Positions 1 through 10,010 of a stretch of DNA of 64,000 bases are shown here, in pieces. Source of the DNA: an uncultured virus (IMG/VR IMGVR_UViG_3300028595_000010) (taxonomy: Duplodnaviria; Heunggongvirae; Uroviricota; Caudoviricetes); the IMG/VR virus record IMGVR_UViG_3300028595_000010. One strand, written 5' to 3'. The notes under the pieces were generated by a model. It was not told the DNA's origin. It did no database searches and worked only from the letters and a program-made list of their open reading frames with translations. The position numbers were made by a program, and so were the translations under genes. Each line of letters opens with the position of its first letter. Position 1 is the first letter of the stretch.

Positions 1-321
1 CCAGAAGGAACAGATCCAGTAGAGGCAAGAAAGATTCATCTTGAAAATAATACATATGATCAGATTCCAAACTTCATTAAATGTGGAATCGATTATCAAA
101 TCAAAATGGTAATTAAAGGAAGAGAAGATCTTTCTGAGATTAAGAAGTTTGTTGAGTTATATGGAGTTCCAAGTGAACGAGTATTTCTCATGCCTGAAGG
201 AGTTACAAGAGAAGTCCAAAGAACTAGATCTATTGAAGTGGCAGAGATTTGTAAAGAAGAAGGTTATACTCTCTGCCCAAGATTACAAATTGAACTTTGG
301 GGAACAATGAGAGGTGTATGA
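1..321 (+). CDS. queE: 7-carboxy-7-deazaguanine synthase QueE, C-terminal part (5'-truncated by window)
   Basis: Frame is open from base 1. C-terminus VFLMPEG...ICKEEGYTLCPRLQIELWG..RGV is typical of QueE, and a QueC-like gene is nearby. The radical-SAM motif lies outside the window. Confidence 0.72.
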   Translation, partial: PEGTDPVEARKIHLENNTYDQIPNFIKCGIDYQIKMVIKGREDLSEIKKFVELYGVPSERVFLMPEGVTREVQRTRSIEVAEICKEEGYTLCPRLQIELWGTMRGV

Positions 322-779
322 TGAAAACCATCTATCTAGCTGGAGCAGGATGGGAGTTTGATTATCGAAAAGATGCCATATCAAAATATGGAGAGGAATT
401 CGAACTAATTGATCCTATTGGACACAGCAATGAGCTGTTTAAGAGTATAGGATTCAATATGACAGTTGAAGAGATATTCAGTAAACAAAATAAGACAAAA
501 AAGAATTGTCTTCCTGCTCATATTAGAAGTGTGATAGTTCGAAATGATAAGAAACACATTTACAGATCCGATTATCTCATTGCATATGTTGAGAAAGCGA
601 CATTTGGAACTGTAATGGAAATTCATTTTGCATATGAGAACAGAATTCCTGTGTTTGTAGTCAATCCTAATATGGATCTAACTAAGGATGTTTGGCTGTC
701 AGTTCATACTACCGAATTCTTTAATACTGTTGATGATTGTATCGAATTCATCAGACGCTTGGAGTTGAAAAATGTCTAA
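318..779 (+). CDS. Nucleoside 2-deoxyribosyltransferase / dNMP N-glycosidase-like protein
   Basis: IYLAG at the N-terminus, D...I..SD.LIA, and GTVMEI.FAY...PVFV with the catalytic-type Glu. ATG at 318 follows GAGG. Confidence 0.65.
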   Translation: MMKTIYLAGAGWEFDYRKDAISKYGEEFELIDPIGHSNELFKSIGFNMTVEEIFSKQNKTKKNCLPAHIRSVIVRNDKKHIYRSDYLIAYVEKATFGTVMEIHFAYENRIPVFVVNPNMDLTKDVWLSVHTTEFFNTVDDCIEFIRRLELKNV

Positions 780-1374
780 AAAGATTGATCTTCTATTCAT
801 GATGGGCCCAACTAACGTGGGTAAGAGTTACACAATCAATTATGCAGTTGAAAAATATGACGGATATAAAATATCTGTAGGTCAACTACTTAGAGACAAA
901 TATGGCCCTGATTTCTTTAAGGGACAACAGGCACCAGAACACACTAGAGCAGAAGCTCTAAAGATGATGATTGAAGGCATTCAAGCAGGAATCGATGAAG
1001 GAAGATCATTGATCCTTATTGATGGTCAGCCTAGAGAACCAGGCCAAATAGATGCTATTTTCGAAAATTACATCGAAGGCCCAATGAAAGTTTTAGTTGA
1101 TGTTCATTTCTGTCTTCTTCATTGTGATGATGACTTAAGAATGGATCGTCTTAAGAAAAGAGATAAAGATCCTGCGGCTTTAGAACTATCAACAAAGCGA
1201 TTTAATAGAGACCTTGCAGAATTGCAAAAAATCTTCTATATGATTCTTGTAAGAGGGGCGGGAAATAAAGTAGTTCCTATGGATATGTTAAACTCTGAAG
1301 AATCGTTTGATGACTTTTACCGCATGTTGACCTATGACCATTATAAGCACAATACAGAGGACTTTAATGACTAG
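772..1374 (+). CDS. P-loop nucleoside monophosphate kinase (adenylate-kinase-like)
   Basis: GPTNVGKS Walker A, ISVGQLLR and LIDGQPR motifs. Confidence 0.72.
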   Translation: MSKKIDLLFMMGPTNVGKSYTINYAVEKYDGYKISVGQLLRDKYGPDFFKGQQAPEHTRAEALKMMIEGIQAGIDEGRSLILIDGQPREPGQIDAIFENYIEGPMKVLVDVHFCLLHCDDDLRMDRLKKRDKDPAALELSTKRFNRDLAELQKIFYMILVRGAGNKVVPMDMLNSEESFDDFYRMLTYDHYKHNTEDFND

Positions 1375-2083
1375 TGTACTTCTATTCAGCCCAGGTATCG
1401 ATAGCCTTCTAGCTGTCCATTCTTTGGAAAAACAAGGTAAACCTCCAACAGTCTTGGTGTATTATGCATTAGGGACTAGGTGTACTAAAGCTGAGGTAGA
1501 TTACCTCAGGCAATTGATGCTTCCAATTCGTATTGAAACTTGCCTAAATCTTCAGGATATTGAAGACGATCATGCGTATGTGCCAAATAGAAATCTTTTG
1601 ATGGCGATGCACGCAGCCGGTAAATACAATGCGGATACCGTATATATTGGAGGAACCAAATCTGATAGAGTATCGGATAACAATATAGAGGTTATGAAAC
1701 ACCTATCCGACACTATAAGCCTATCCATGCAAAAACCTGTGCAGGTGACTTCACCTTTTTGGAATAAATATAAAATAGAGATCGCTAAGGAGTTTGTGAA
1801 GGATAAAGAGTTCGGCGGCAAATTGCTACAAGGAACATTTTCATGCTATTCGCCGTATAAAAGACCAGACGATGAAGTGTTAGTTGAATGCCAGCGATGT
1901 AATGCTTGTTTTAGAAAGAGTGTTATTTTACACGGATCAGCAGATATTAACAGAGTATTCAAGACTCCACATATCATCGACAAATACAAGAAAGAATTTG
2001 AAGGTCTATCCACAGAAGAGCAAACTCCAAGAAGCATTGCAACTTTGGAGTATATTAAATGGCTAGAAAACAGAAGTCTGTAA
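1367..2083 (+). CDS. queC: QueC-like PP-loop ATPase (7-cyano-7-deazaguanine synthase family)
   Basis: LLFSPGIDS (variant of SGGxDS), YVPNRN, and Zn motif TFSCY...CQRCNAC. ATG at 1367 follows GAGG. Confidence 0.75.
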   Translation: MTSVLLFSPGIDSLLAVHSLEKQGKPPTVLVYYALGTRCTKAEVDYLRQLMLPIRIETCLNLQDIEDDHAYVPNRNLLMAMHAAGKYNADTVYIGGTKSDRVSDNNIEVMKHLSDTISLSMQKPVQVTSPFWNKYKIEIAKEFVKDKEFGGKLLQGTFSCYSPYKRPDDEVLVECQRCNACFRKSVILHGSADINRVFKTPHIIDKYKKEFEGLSTEEQTPRSIATLEYIKWLENRSL

Positions 2084-2619
2084 AACCCAAATCAGTTTCT
2101 GTATACACTCTGTTAGATAAGTGGTTGTTTGACGGAAGCAAGACTAGTCCCATCCCGAAAGAAGTAGTAAATGATAAGAAGATTGGTCCAAATCATCTTC
2201 TCTACTTCTTTTCGGGAACACAACATGGAGTGTACATTTCAAAGTATTTTAACAACTTTGGAATTTATCAATTAGACCGTCTAGAAGTCTTCGGGATGAT
2301 AAAGGACATTGTTCAAAAGACTGCGTATGTTCCCAAATGGAAAAAGAGATTTCATGAGACACGGTCTAAGATATTCAAGGAGTTATGGAGAAAATATCCT
2401 TATCTCAAACCAGACGACATTAATTTACTTGCAGATAATCTTGAGAAAATGGATTGTCGAGATACTGTATTTGAGATGTTTGGCATAGAAAAGCCGAAGA
2501 TGATCAAGGAAAAGAAATCTACACCGAAAGATAAACCAACTAAAGTCGGAAAAACTAAAATTCGTAATCCAAATTCAATGGAAGCTGTTTTAGAAAACTT
2601 CGATATTGTTAAGGAGTAA
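2059..2619 (+). CDS. Hypothetical protein
   Basis: 186-aa ORF packed within the operon; no motif recognised. Confidence 0.6.
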   Translation: MARKQKSVKPKSVSVYTLLDKWLFDGSKTSPIPKEVVNDKKIGPNHLLYFFSGTQHGVYISKYFNNFGIYQLDRLEVFGMIKDIVQKTAYVPKWKKRFHETRSKIFKELWRKYPYLKPDDINLLADNLEKMDCRDTVFEMFGIEKPKMIKEKKSTPKDKPTKVGKTKIRNPNSMEAVLENFDIVKE

Positions 2620-2621
2620 TT

Positions 2622-4739
2622 ATGACAGAGGAAGTTAAATTTTACGGACAACAGTTATGGACATATTGGGATTCTTCTGTAACTGAAAACAATGCGACAT
2701 TGGGGACATTTAGTACAAGAAATGAGTATGGAATGAATCCAATATCTTTGAAGTTAGATATTTACAATACAAAGACACGAGCAAAAGGGCATGTAATTCT
2801 TAATCATAGAAATGTATTCATTTTCTTAGCGAGATTTAAACCTATTTCTGATCAGTTAAGTCAACTTGGCAAACAAATGCAAGCTGATAATACTGTACAG
2901 AAAAGTTTCACCGTAGATGCTAAGAAAATCATTCATGTTACAATGCTTTTCAGATCTGAATACACTTTGCCGTGTTTCAGAATTGCTCTTGCTGATCCAA
3001 AAGATAAATCTCTTGTAGATGCCCATAAGGCATATATTCAATATTATGATTTTATGTCTTTGGTAAAAATCATGTCTGGATTCAGAGATGATTATATTTC
3101 TACAACAAATTCAGCAGCAGTATCAGCAGCAGTATCGGATCTTAATGACATAATTGCCCACATCAATCATAAAATCACAATGTATTACTCAGATTCAAAG
3201 ACATCAAATCGTGGCGTTATCATGTCTGACAAATACAAAGATCCAGACAAACAAGAAATTGATGACTGTTCCAATAATGTACTAAATGAACTCAATCTAG
3301 AAGATTCTACAAAGTCAGAATCAGAAGAAGAAAAAGAAGAAAAACAACAGATTGATGAAGATACTGTTGAAATACCTAAACTTGATAATATTCAAGTAGA
3401 AATGGAAACCTTTGTAACAGAAAACAAAGATTCCATGGAAATTGAAACATATCGAGGTATTAATGAAGATATTGATCATAGAGAAAAGAAAGATTCCGCT
3501 GAGTACAAAGTCACTCAAGCCCCATTATCCGAGGAATTTACATCAAAATTTCTAGAAGGGAGCACTAACAAATTAGAAACTATAATCATGGGTCTTGCAC
3601 ACGAAATAAATCCATTTGATTCATTTGTGTCAATGCTTAGTAGTTCATTGGGAGTTACAAAAGAACAACTTCTTCCTGGATGTAGTAAAGATGATTATAA
3701 TGCAATGTGCTATACGATTTCTAGATATACAAAGGTTGTTTTAAGTAGACATTTGAATACAAAAACTAAAACTCCTTTGCCTAAATCAGTCAATCCGATA
3801 AGATATGCTGCTCAAGGAACTACAAATCTGAATAGATCTATTCTGTATGATATTTTTGTATATTTCATGTACTACACAAATTTCAACAGTCAATTGAAAG
3901 AAAAAGACTTTAATACAACCAACAATAAGGGCATTGTATCATTCCTTATGAAGGTAATGATGTCCCCATTCATATTTTCATTTATCGAAGATGTTGACTC
4001 AGAAGAAACTCTTGTAAAAGAAGTTGGTAATAGATTTAAGAAGTATTATGATCTTGGAGTATTCAATGAGATTGAAGAAAAATCTAAAAGTATTTACGGA
4101 ACTAAAGTAACCACAAGTATTACATCTATCACGGTCGGATTACGAAAACTATATTCTGTAGCAATAGATAATCTTGAAAAATTTCATGTATCTAATGTAT
4201 GGCAATTTCTTAATGTTAGAATGAAAGCAGTAAAGTTAGATTATGAACTACTAAAAGATAAAGATCTAAACATAGAACAAATAAATAGTATTCTAACAAT
4301 GGAAAGGGGTGTAGATCCAACCAGTAGTGAATTCAAAGAAGAAGAATATAAGAATATACCTACTGATATATTAAAGGTGTTTGGTATCGAGTCTATCGGC
4401 CCAGACAATACAAATTTAAAGAAGTATCTAGAAAAGATTATGAAAGACGAACCCCATTTGCAAAGCGCATTAGACATTGCTGACCAAATGCCTACAAGTT
4501 ATCATGAGATTCATGGTAAAGACCTTGACTTTTCCCCATTCTCAAAGGAAGCATTAATCGCATTCTGTGAGTGGAATACAGAAACGGATCGTGAGTTAAA
4601 AACATCAGAAAAGAAGATTGAGGAAAAGGTTAAAGCATCGAGTCTAGATCGGGCTACCGCATTGTCTATGTTGTACCGAGCAGATGAAGAAACAAATGAA
4701 GAAGAATTCGGAAATCTAGCCATAATGGTAGGAGAGTAA
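2622..4739 (+). CDS. Large hypothetical protein
   Basis: 705-aa ORF with AGGAG RBS; no motif recognised. Confidence 0.65.
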   Translation: MTEEVKFYGQQLWTYWDSSVTENNATLGTFSTRNEYGMNPISLKLDIYNTKTRAKGHVILNHRNVFIFLARFKPISDQLSQLGKQMQADNTVQKSFTVDAKKIIHVTMLFRSEYTLPCFRIALADPKDKSLVDAHKAYIQYYDFMSLVKIMSGFRDDYISTTNSAAVSAAVSDLNDIIAHINHKITMYYSDSKTSNRGVIMSDKYKDPDKQEIDDCSNNVLNELNLEDSTKSESEEEKEEKQQIDEDTVEIPKLDNIQVEMETFVTENKDSMEIETYRGINEDIDHREKKDSAEYKVTQAPLSEEFTSKFLEGSTNKLETIIMGLAHEINPFDSFVSMLSSSLGVTKEQLLPGCSKDDYNAMCYTISRYTKVVLSRHLNTKTKTPLPKSVNPIRYAAQGTTNLNRSILYDIFVYFMYYTNFNSQLKEKDFNTTNNKGIVSFLMKVMMSPFIFSFIEDVDSEETLVKEVGNRFKKYYDLGVFNEIEEKSKSIYGTKVTTSITSITVGLRKLYSVAIDNLEKFHVSNVWQFLNVRMKAVKLDYELLKDKDLNIEQINSILTMERGVDPTSSEFKEEEYKNIPTDILKVFGIESIGPDNTNLKKYLEKIMKDEPHLQSALDIADQMPTSYHEIHGKDLDFSPFSKEALIAFCEWNTETDRELKTSEKKIEEKVKASSLDRATALSMLYRADEETNEEEFGNLAIMVGE

Positions 4740-4747
4740 AGGAGTTA

Positions 4748-5383
4748 TTGATGATCACATTCGGAAATAAAGTTAACAGATGTTATTCATTATATTTGCC
4801 ATTTATGGGAACCCATGTTACAGCAAATGCATTTTTCCATAAAGGAAATACCTTTCTTGGATTTACTATTGATCATGGAACAATGAGTATGGTCAAAGAT
4901 GGAAGATTAACTAGTAAAGTTTATAGAGATCTTAAACAATCTTCATTTGCAAATACTTTTCTAGATATTCGAGACTATTCATCTCCTACATTAGATATAA
5001 GATGTCAATTCTCAAATATCCGTAAGCAGTATAAAGATAGAATTCAATATGTCACAAATGAAACTATAAAGCTATCTAAATATCCAAATCCTCACAATCC
5101 AAACAAATTCTTTGAAAGCTGTTTGTACATTTATGTATTTAGTTTTTTGGATTATCAGGACGATTTTTTGTATTTCTTAGCTGAACGTCAACACATTGAT
5201 CAATCTCTTGGTAGAAAACTTGTTAGAACTTGTGGACTACAAATTGCTACAAAACAATGTGCTGAAGATCTAGGAGATATGATGTCATTCTATCACGAAA
5301 ATGATAATAATGAATTCGTTAAAACTGACGATGCACTTAAAGATCTATTTGGAAAAAATGAGGTCAGCGTAAGGAAAATGTGA
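4748..5383 (+). CDS. Hypothetical protein
   Basis: 211-aa ORF with AAGGAG RBS. Confidence 0.6.
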   Translation: MMITFGNKVNRCYSLYLPFMGTHVTANAFFHKGNTFLGFTIDHGTMSMVKDGRLTSKVYRDLKQSSFANTFLDIRDYSSPTLDIRCQFSNIRKQYKDRIQYVTNETIKLSKYPNPHNPNKFFESCLYIYVFSFLDYQDDFLYFLAERQHIDQSLGRKLVRTCGLQIATKQCAEDLGDMMSFYHENDNNEFVKTDDALKDLFGKNEVSVRKM

Positions 5384-5384
5384 C

Positions 5385-6602
5385 ATGTCAGATCCTTCCC
5401 AGTCCCAATTCGAATCAAGATATTACGATCAGGGAATTCACTTTTTCGTAAACAATTGTTTAGGATCCTTCTTTAGAGGGACTTTAAATTGGTTTGCGGA
5501 TCAGTTTTATCCTCGCATCAATTATCGTGTGATTGGTACGTATGAAAAGAGCGTTGAGTATTTTACAAAGAAGAAAACACATGGTCATGAGATTGACAAA
5601 AATATTCTTCCTAGTCTTACTCTCGATCCTGCATATGAATTTCAGCCTGAAGAAAGAGGTGGAAAGTTCTTGTGGCAGTACCCTCATTTAATGCCCGGAC
5701 TGGGAAGGAAGCTATTCAATTCAATCAAACCTTTACCTACAGAACAGAGTATTGATTTTACTCCTGTGTTTACTAGGTATGAAGGCGCATTTGATTTGAT
5801 TTTTTGGTTACATTCAGTTTATGAATTATTTGATTTCAGAGTATTTCTTCTACAATTCTGTGGAGGTTATGGGAGATATATACGTCCTACTGTCTTTGAT
5901 TCAAATATTATCGTTCCTGAAGATCTAGTAGATTACACATATACAGATGCAGATGGAAATGAACGCAATATAGATTGGACTAATACTGATCTAGAAATTA
6001 AACTAATTGATAATACAGCAAAGTATCATTATGTCCTTCCGGTGTTACTCAATCCGATTATGAAATTAGTTTCATTATCAGATTCTTCTGATAAATACGG
6101 AGGTGACACAATCTGTCAATACAAGTTAACTGCCACATTTGAATATGAGATTGAGCTTCCTACTTATTTTGTAGTAACTCCTTGGGTTAAAGATATTAAA
6201 TTTAATGCAAATGTATCTGTAGGATCTACATATAGCCGATATGGTCTTATGCCAATATATAATCCTGTCACTAAACAATATGAACAAGGAAACCAACTTC
6301 CTTCATATCATAGAATGACTGAAGATACAAATGTTGAATCTAATATGGAAATTAAAGATTTTACTCATAAATTTGTGTATTCATTTACGGAAGAAGATGA
6401 AGATTCTTATAAATCAGATGAGTGGTTCTCATTTCCAAATCCTATTCCTATAGAAGCAACATGGGAAAATACTAATATCATTAGTTACCACGGAATTATG
6501 TCATTTGGACAACAATGGAAGTTATCTGATGATGAAACTCAAATCCTTATAGACATCGAACCTTTAGAAGGCGAAATTATAGAGATCTTCTTGTATTTAT
6601 AA
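5385..6602 (+). CDS. Possible tail terminator / sheath stabiliser-like structural protein
   Basis: LPSLTL and PVFTRYEGAFDLIFWL segments loosely recall T4 gp15-type proteins; weak. Confidence 0.35.
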   Translation: MSDPSQSQFESRYYDQGIHFFVNNCLGSFFRGTLNWFADQFYPRINYRVIGTYEKSVEYFTKKKTHGHEIDKNILPSLTLDPAYEFQPEERGGKFLWQYPHLMPGLGRKLFNSIKPLPTEQSIDFTPVFTRYEGAFDLIFWLHSVYELFDFRVFLLQFCGGYGRYIRPTVFDSNIIVPEDLVDYTYTDADGNERNIDWTNTDLEIKLIDNTAKYHYVLPVLLNPIMKLVSLSDSSDKYGGDTICQYKLTATFEYEIELPTYFVVTPWVKDIKFNANVSVGSTYSRYGLMPIYNPVTKQYEQGNQLPSYHRMTEDTNVESNMEIKDFTHKFVYSFTEEDEDSYKSDEWFSFPNPIPIEATWENTNIISYHGIMSFGQQWKLSDDETQILIDIEPLEGEIIEIFLYL

Positions 6603-6684
6603 GGGCATAATTTGTCCTTACATTGGAATAAATTGTAAAGGAAATTGATAGTGTTACTACTGAATTTGAAACAGGAGATTTGTT

Positions 6685-8082
6685 ATGCCAGCTGCTGGTA
6701 ATTATGTATGTGCTGGAGTTGACACATTTCTTCAATTAATGGAGAGATTTATAGATACTCAGCCGGGATTTTTTGATGATGCAAAATTAAATAATATGCT
6801 TCACAATTCAATTAATAGCTTTCTGTATTCTTTTGGTACTGGAGTAAATTACAAAAGCAAGCGATTGTCAAAAAATCATGTGGCTAAATTCATTAATTGT
6901 GTAGATAGAATTAATGTTCGCCCGTTTATGGCCAATACTAAAATGTATTGGGACTCTGGCGGATTTCAGATTGCTAATGGTGGTCTCTATACAAAAGATA
7001 TGCCTAGCTTTATTAATTTGTATTATGACTTAATTGCTCAAGAACGACAGAAATACACAAATGCTTTTATTCTTGACTTGCCTCCGGGTCCAGGATCTAA
7101 AGAAATTTTTACTTCCTATCAAGAAGTAGAAAATATTAATAGATTATCATATCAAAGAGCTCAACAATTACCGCAAGATGTTAAAGATAAGATAATCTAC
7201 ATTCATCATTTTCGCACACCTGAATTATTCAGTTCGTATATGAAATTTCTTAATGAAGGTCTTGCAGATGGATATAGCTATTATGGGACAGGCGGCATCG
7301 TAGCAGGAATGGCATCTGATGTGCGTATTCCTATTATTATTTATGCTATTCCTCTTGCATGTATTCTTAAATATGCTAAAGACAAAGGTTTGAAGAAAGT
7401 AAAATTTCATGTATTAGGTGGTGCAAACTTCAGAGATGTATTCTGCCATCAGATGTTTGAAAGACATGTAAAAGAATACCACGGAATAGATTTAACAATC
7501 ACATATGATTCATCTGCTATCTTCAAGGGCCTTGCAATTGGAAGATATGTTCAAACATTTACTCCTTGGGATGAAATTGTGAAGATGGACATTAGAAGCA
7601 AGAATCTTCCATTAAGATTCAGACAACATAATATTACTGTAGAAGATAATGTTTACAAAATCTGTAATGAAATGGCCGAGAAATACAATTTTAAACCATT
7701 AAATAAGACAGATAATCCTATTTATGATCCTGTAACAAATACTCTAGCTCGTGATGTTCATATGTATTTGATTTCTTATGTCTTCACAATGTTTCATAGA
7801 GTCGAAGAATTATCTAGAACTATTGTAGATGAAGCATACAATGCATACAAAGAATTTTCAGATGATGAATGGAATGGAGATTGGCAATTCAACGACATTT
7901 GTTATAAGTTTACTCGTCTTGTAAATCAGGGAAAAGCTACTACCAAACAAAGAAAGAAGTCCACATTATTTGATACTCTAAAATTCTTAGAGAAATTAGA
8001 TATGGACAAATGTGAGCAAATTGTTGCTGATCATATGTCTGGTGACGATATCTCATTCAAAGAAAATATATTGAGGTTCTAA
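6685..8082 (+). CDS. dpdA: tRNA-guanine transglycosylase-fold protein, probable DpdA-type DNA 7-deazaguanine transglycosylase
   Basis: TGT-barrel motifs in order: WDSGGFQ, ILDLP, GTGGIV, FHVLGG, TYDSS. queE and queC-like genes are upstream. Confidence 0.68.
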   Translation: MPAAGNYVCAGVDTFLQLMERFIDTQPGFFDDAKLNNMLHNSINSFLYSFGTGVNYKSKRLSKNHVAKFINCVDRINVRPFMANTKMYWDSGGFQIANGGLYTKDMPSFINLYYDLIAQERQKYTNAFILDLPPGPGSKEIFTSYQEVENINRLSYQRAQQLPQDVKDKIIYIHHFRTPELFSSYMKFLNEGLADGYSYYGTGGIVAGMASDVRIPIIIYAIPLACILKYAKDKGLKKVKFHVLGGANFRDVFCHQMFERHVKEYHGIDLTITYDSSAIFKGLAIGRYVQTFTPWDEIVKMDIRSKNLPLRFRQHNITVEDNVYKICNEMAEKYNFKPLNKTDNPIYDPVTNTLARDVHMYLISYVFTMFHRVEELSRTIVDEAYNAYKEFSDDEWNGDWQFNDICYKFTRLVNQGKATTKQRKKSTLFDTLKFLEKLDMDKCEQIVADHMSGDDISFKENILRF

Positions 8083-8379
8083 ATGGCAGGAATGGCTAAC
8101 TCTAACAGTAGATGTGTAGGAATATGTGTAGGACACACTCCACCTATTCCTATGATCGGATCTATTATAACATTTTCTGACGATTGTATTGCAAAAGATG
8201 GAGGTGCTGCTAGAGTTGGAGACATTGTAAAAGGAGAATGTGGGCATATAGGAATTATTAACACCGGATCTCCTACAACATCAATAAATAATAAACAAGC
8301 AGCTACTATAGGTAGTACGTTTACAGGAGTATTCTCTGGTACAATTGTATCTGGGGCAAATGACATATTAGTCGATTAA
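8083..8379 (+). CDS. PAAR-like baseplate spike tip protein
   Basis: 98 aa with GAARVGD and QAATIGS repeats, CxGH/CGH metal ligands and I..GS..V-type motifs. Confidence 0.75.
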   Translation: MAGMANSNSRCVGICVGHTPPIPMIGSIITFSDDCIAKDGGAARVGDIVKGECGHIGIINTGSPTTSINNKQAATIGSTFTGVFSGTIVSGANDILVD

Positions 8380-8401
8380 GTCGATTTAGGAGCGTTTTAA
8401 A

Positions 8402-9943
8402 TTGTTGACTGATCAATTCTTGAATCTTGTATGTACCACGTGTATATCTAGCAATCCATTATTTACACCTTTGATTGCATCGGATTGTCATGATATTCTT
8501 ACGTTCTACGAAACACAGGATGAAGGAATCCCACTTCAAAGCCAAATTAAGTTTGACTTAGCTAAAATACTTGCTAAATTAAGATCTGAAGGGCAAAAAC
8601 CAGATACTGTTCTTGAGAATGTAAGAGGTAGTGGCAAATATAAGGAGTTAGATGATTTTATTGTTGCTATATCAAAAACTAGTAAACTTGATACGGCAGA
8701 CAATGCAAGAGAAGCAATCAATCAAATTGATAAAAAACTTAAAATAACTACCTCAATGGCTGACTTTAGTCGGCTGAAAGACTTCGTAGAAAACTTTGAA
8801 AGCAATGGATATGATACCATAGATCAAGCATTCAAAGCATATGAAAGTACGGTATCTGGATTGTATTCAAGACTCAGCTCAATGAAGAGAAGAGAGAATA
8901 CAACTGCTGTACGAAGTCTTGATTTATTTGATGGTGATTATGCTCCGGTTCTAAAACAGATTAAGGACAACAATTCAGGAAAAAATGTTGTACCTACAGG
9001 GTACAAAGAGCTGGACAGATATATGGGAGGAGGATTTCAGCCAGGGCGTCTGTATATTTTCTCAGGCACAAGTAACGATGGAAAATCTGCGTTACTAATG
9101 AATTTCATTCGGAATCAATTAGAGAAACCTGAAACTAAAGTTCATGATGGAGATGAATACGATATCTATCTATACATCACCTTAGAGAACTTAATTGATG
9201 AATCTCTAGTCCGATTGTATTCTAGTGTATCAAATAAAAAATCTAGAGATATTACTGGGAATTGGGAAAACGAGCAGCACAATGTAAGACAAATGATGAG
9301 AGAGAAGCAGGAAAAAACCAAATCAAGAATCATTATGGAGTTCTTCCCTGCTACCTCCATATCGGTCCATGACATAATCACCCTCATTCAACAAACATAC
9401 GAAAAACACGGCGATAAAGGTCATATAAAGGGTATTTTTGTTGATTACCTTGACCTAATACGCTCAGGTCAAAAATTCGACCTATACCGCCTAGAATTGG
9501 GCCAGGTTGCAATCGACCTCAAATGTTTAGCAGTTACAATGCAAATACCTGTAGTAACCGTAACTCAGTTGAATCGCAGTGGATATGATAAAGGTGAACG
9601 AATGTCATTGGGTATGATGTCAGAATCAATTAAGAAAGTTGAACATGCTGACTTTGTAGGACTTTTAAGATCACTAGAAAAAGTAGAAGATTATAAAGTG
9701 GATTTAAATCCGGATGAAGGTCTATTATTGATTGAAATTGGTAAGAATCGAAGTGGTGAAAAGAACCGAAGAATATTCATGAAAACTAACTTCTCAAAAT
9801 GTTTAATTACTGATACAGGTCGAGAAACAATAATCAAATTAGATGAAATATCTGGAGATAATAATCCTCCATTAGAAGCAGCTTTTAATGATAACAAAGA
9901 TGAAAATCCAATTGAGGAAGATCGGTTTGCACCTATTTTGTAA
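8402..9943 (+). CDS. DnaB-like (SF4) replicative helicase
   Basis: VPTGYKELD..GG, Walker A SGTSNDGKS, YITLE, FVDYLDL, TQLNR, ESIKKVEHAD, KNRSG. Confidence 0.9.
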   Translation: MLTDQFLNLVCTTCISSNPLFTPLIASDCHDILTFYETQDEGIPLQSQIKFDLAKILAKLRSEGQKPDTVLENVRGSGKYKELDDFIVAISKTSKLDTADNAREAINQIDKKLKITTSMADFSRLKDFVENFESNGYDTIDQAFKAYESTVSGLYSRLSSMKRRENTTAVRSLDLFDGDYAPVLKQIKDNNSGKNVVPTGYKELDRYMGGGFQPGRLYIFSGTSNDGKSALLMNFIRNQLEKPETKVHDGDEYDIYLYITLENLIDESLVRLYSSVSNKKSRDITGNWENEQHNVRQMMREKQEKTKSRIIMEFFPATSISVHDIITLIQQTYEKHGDKGHIKGIFVDYLDLIRSGQKFDLYRLELGQVAIDLKCLAVTMQIPVVTVTQLNRSGYDKGERMSLGMMSESIKKVEHADFVGLLRSLEKVEDYKVDLNPDEGLLLIEIGKNRSGEKNRRIFMKTNFSKCLITDTGRETIIKLDEISGDNNPPLEAAFNDNKDENPIEEDRFAPIL

Positions 9944-10010
9944 TTCGAAAGAATAAATTACCAAAGATCCGTGTAACCGAAAATCCCACATCCTAACTTA
10001 GGAGTAAACA

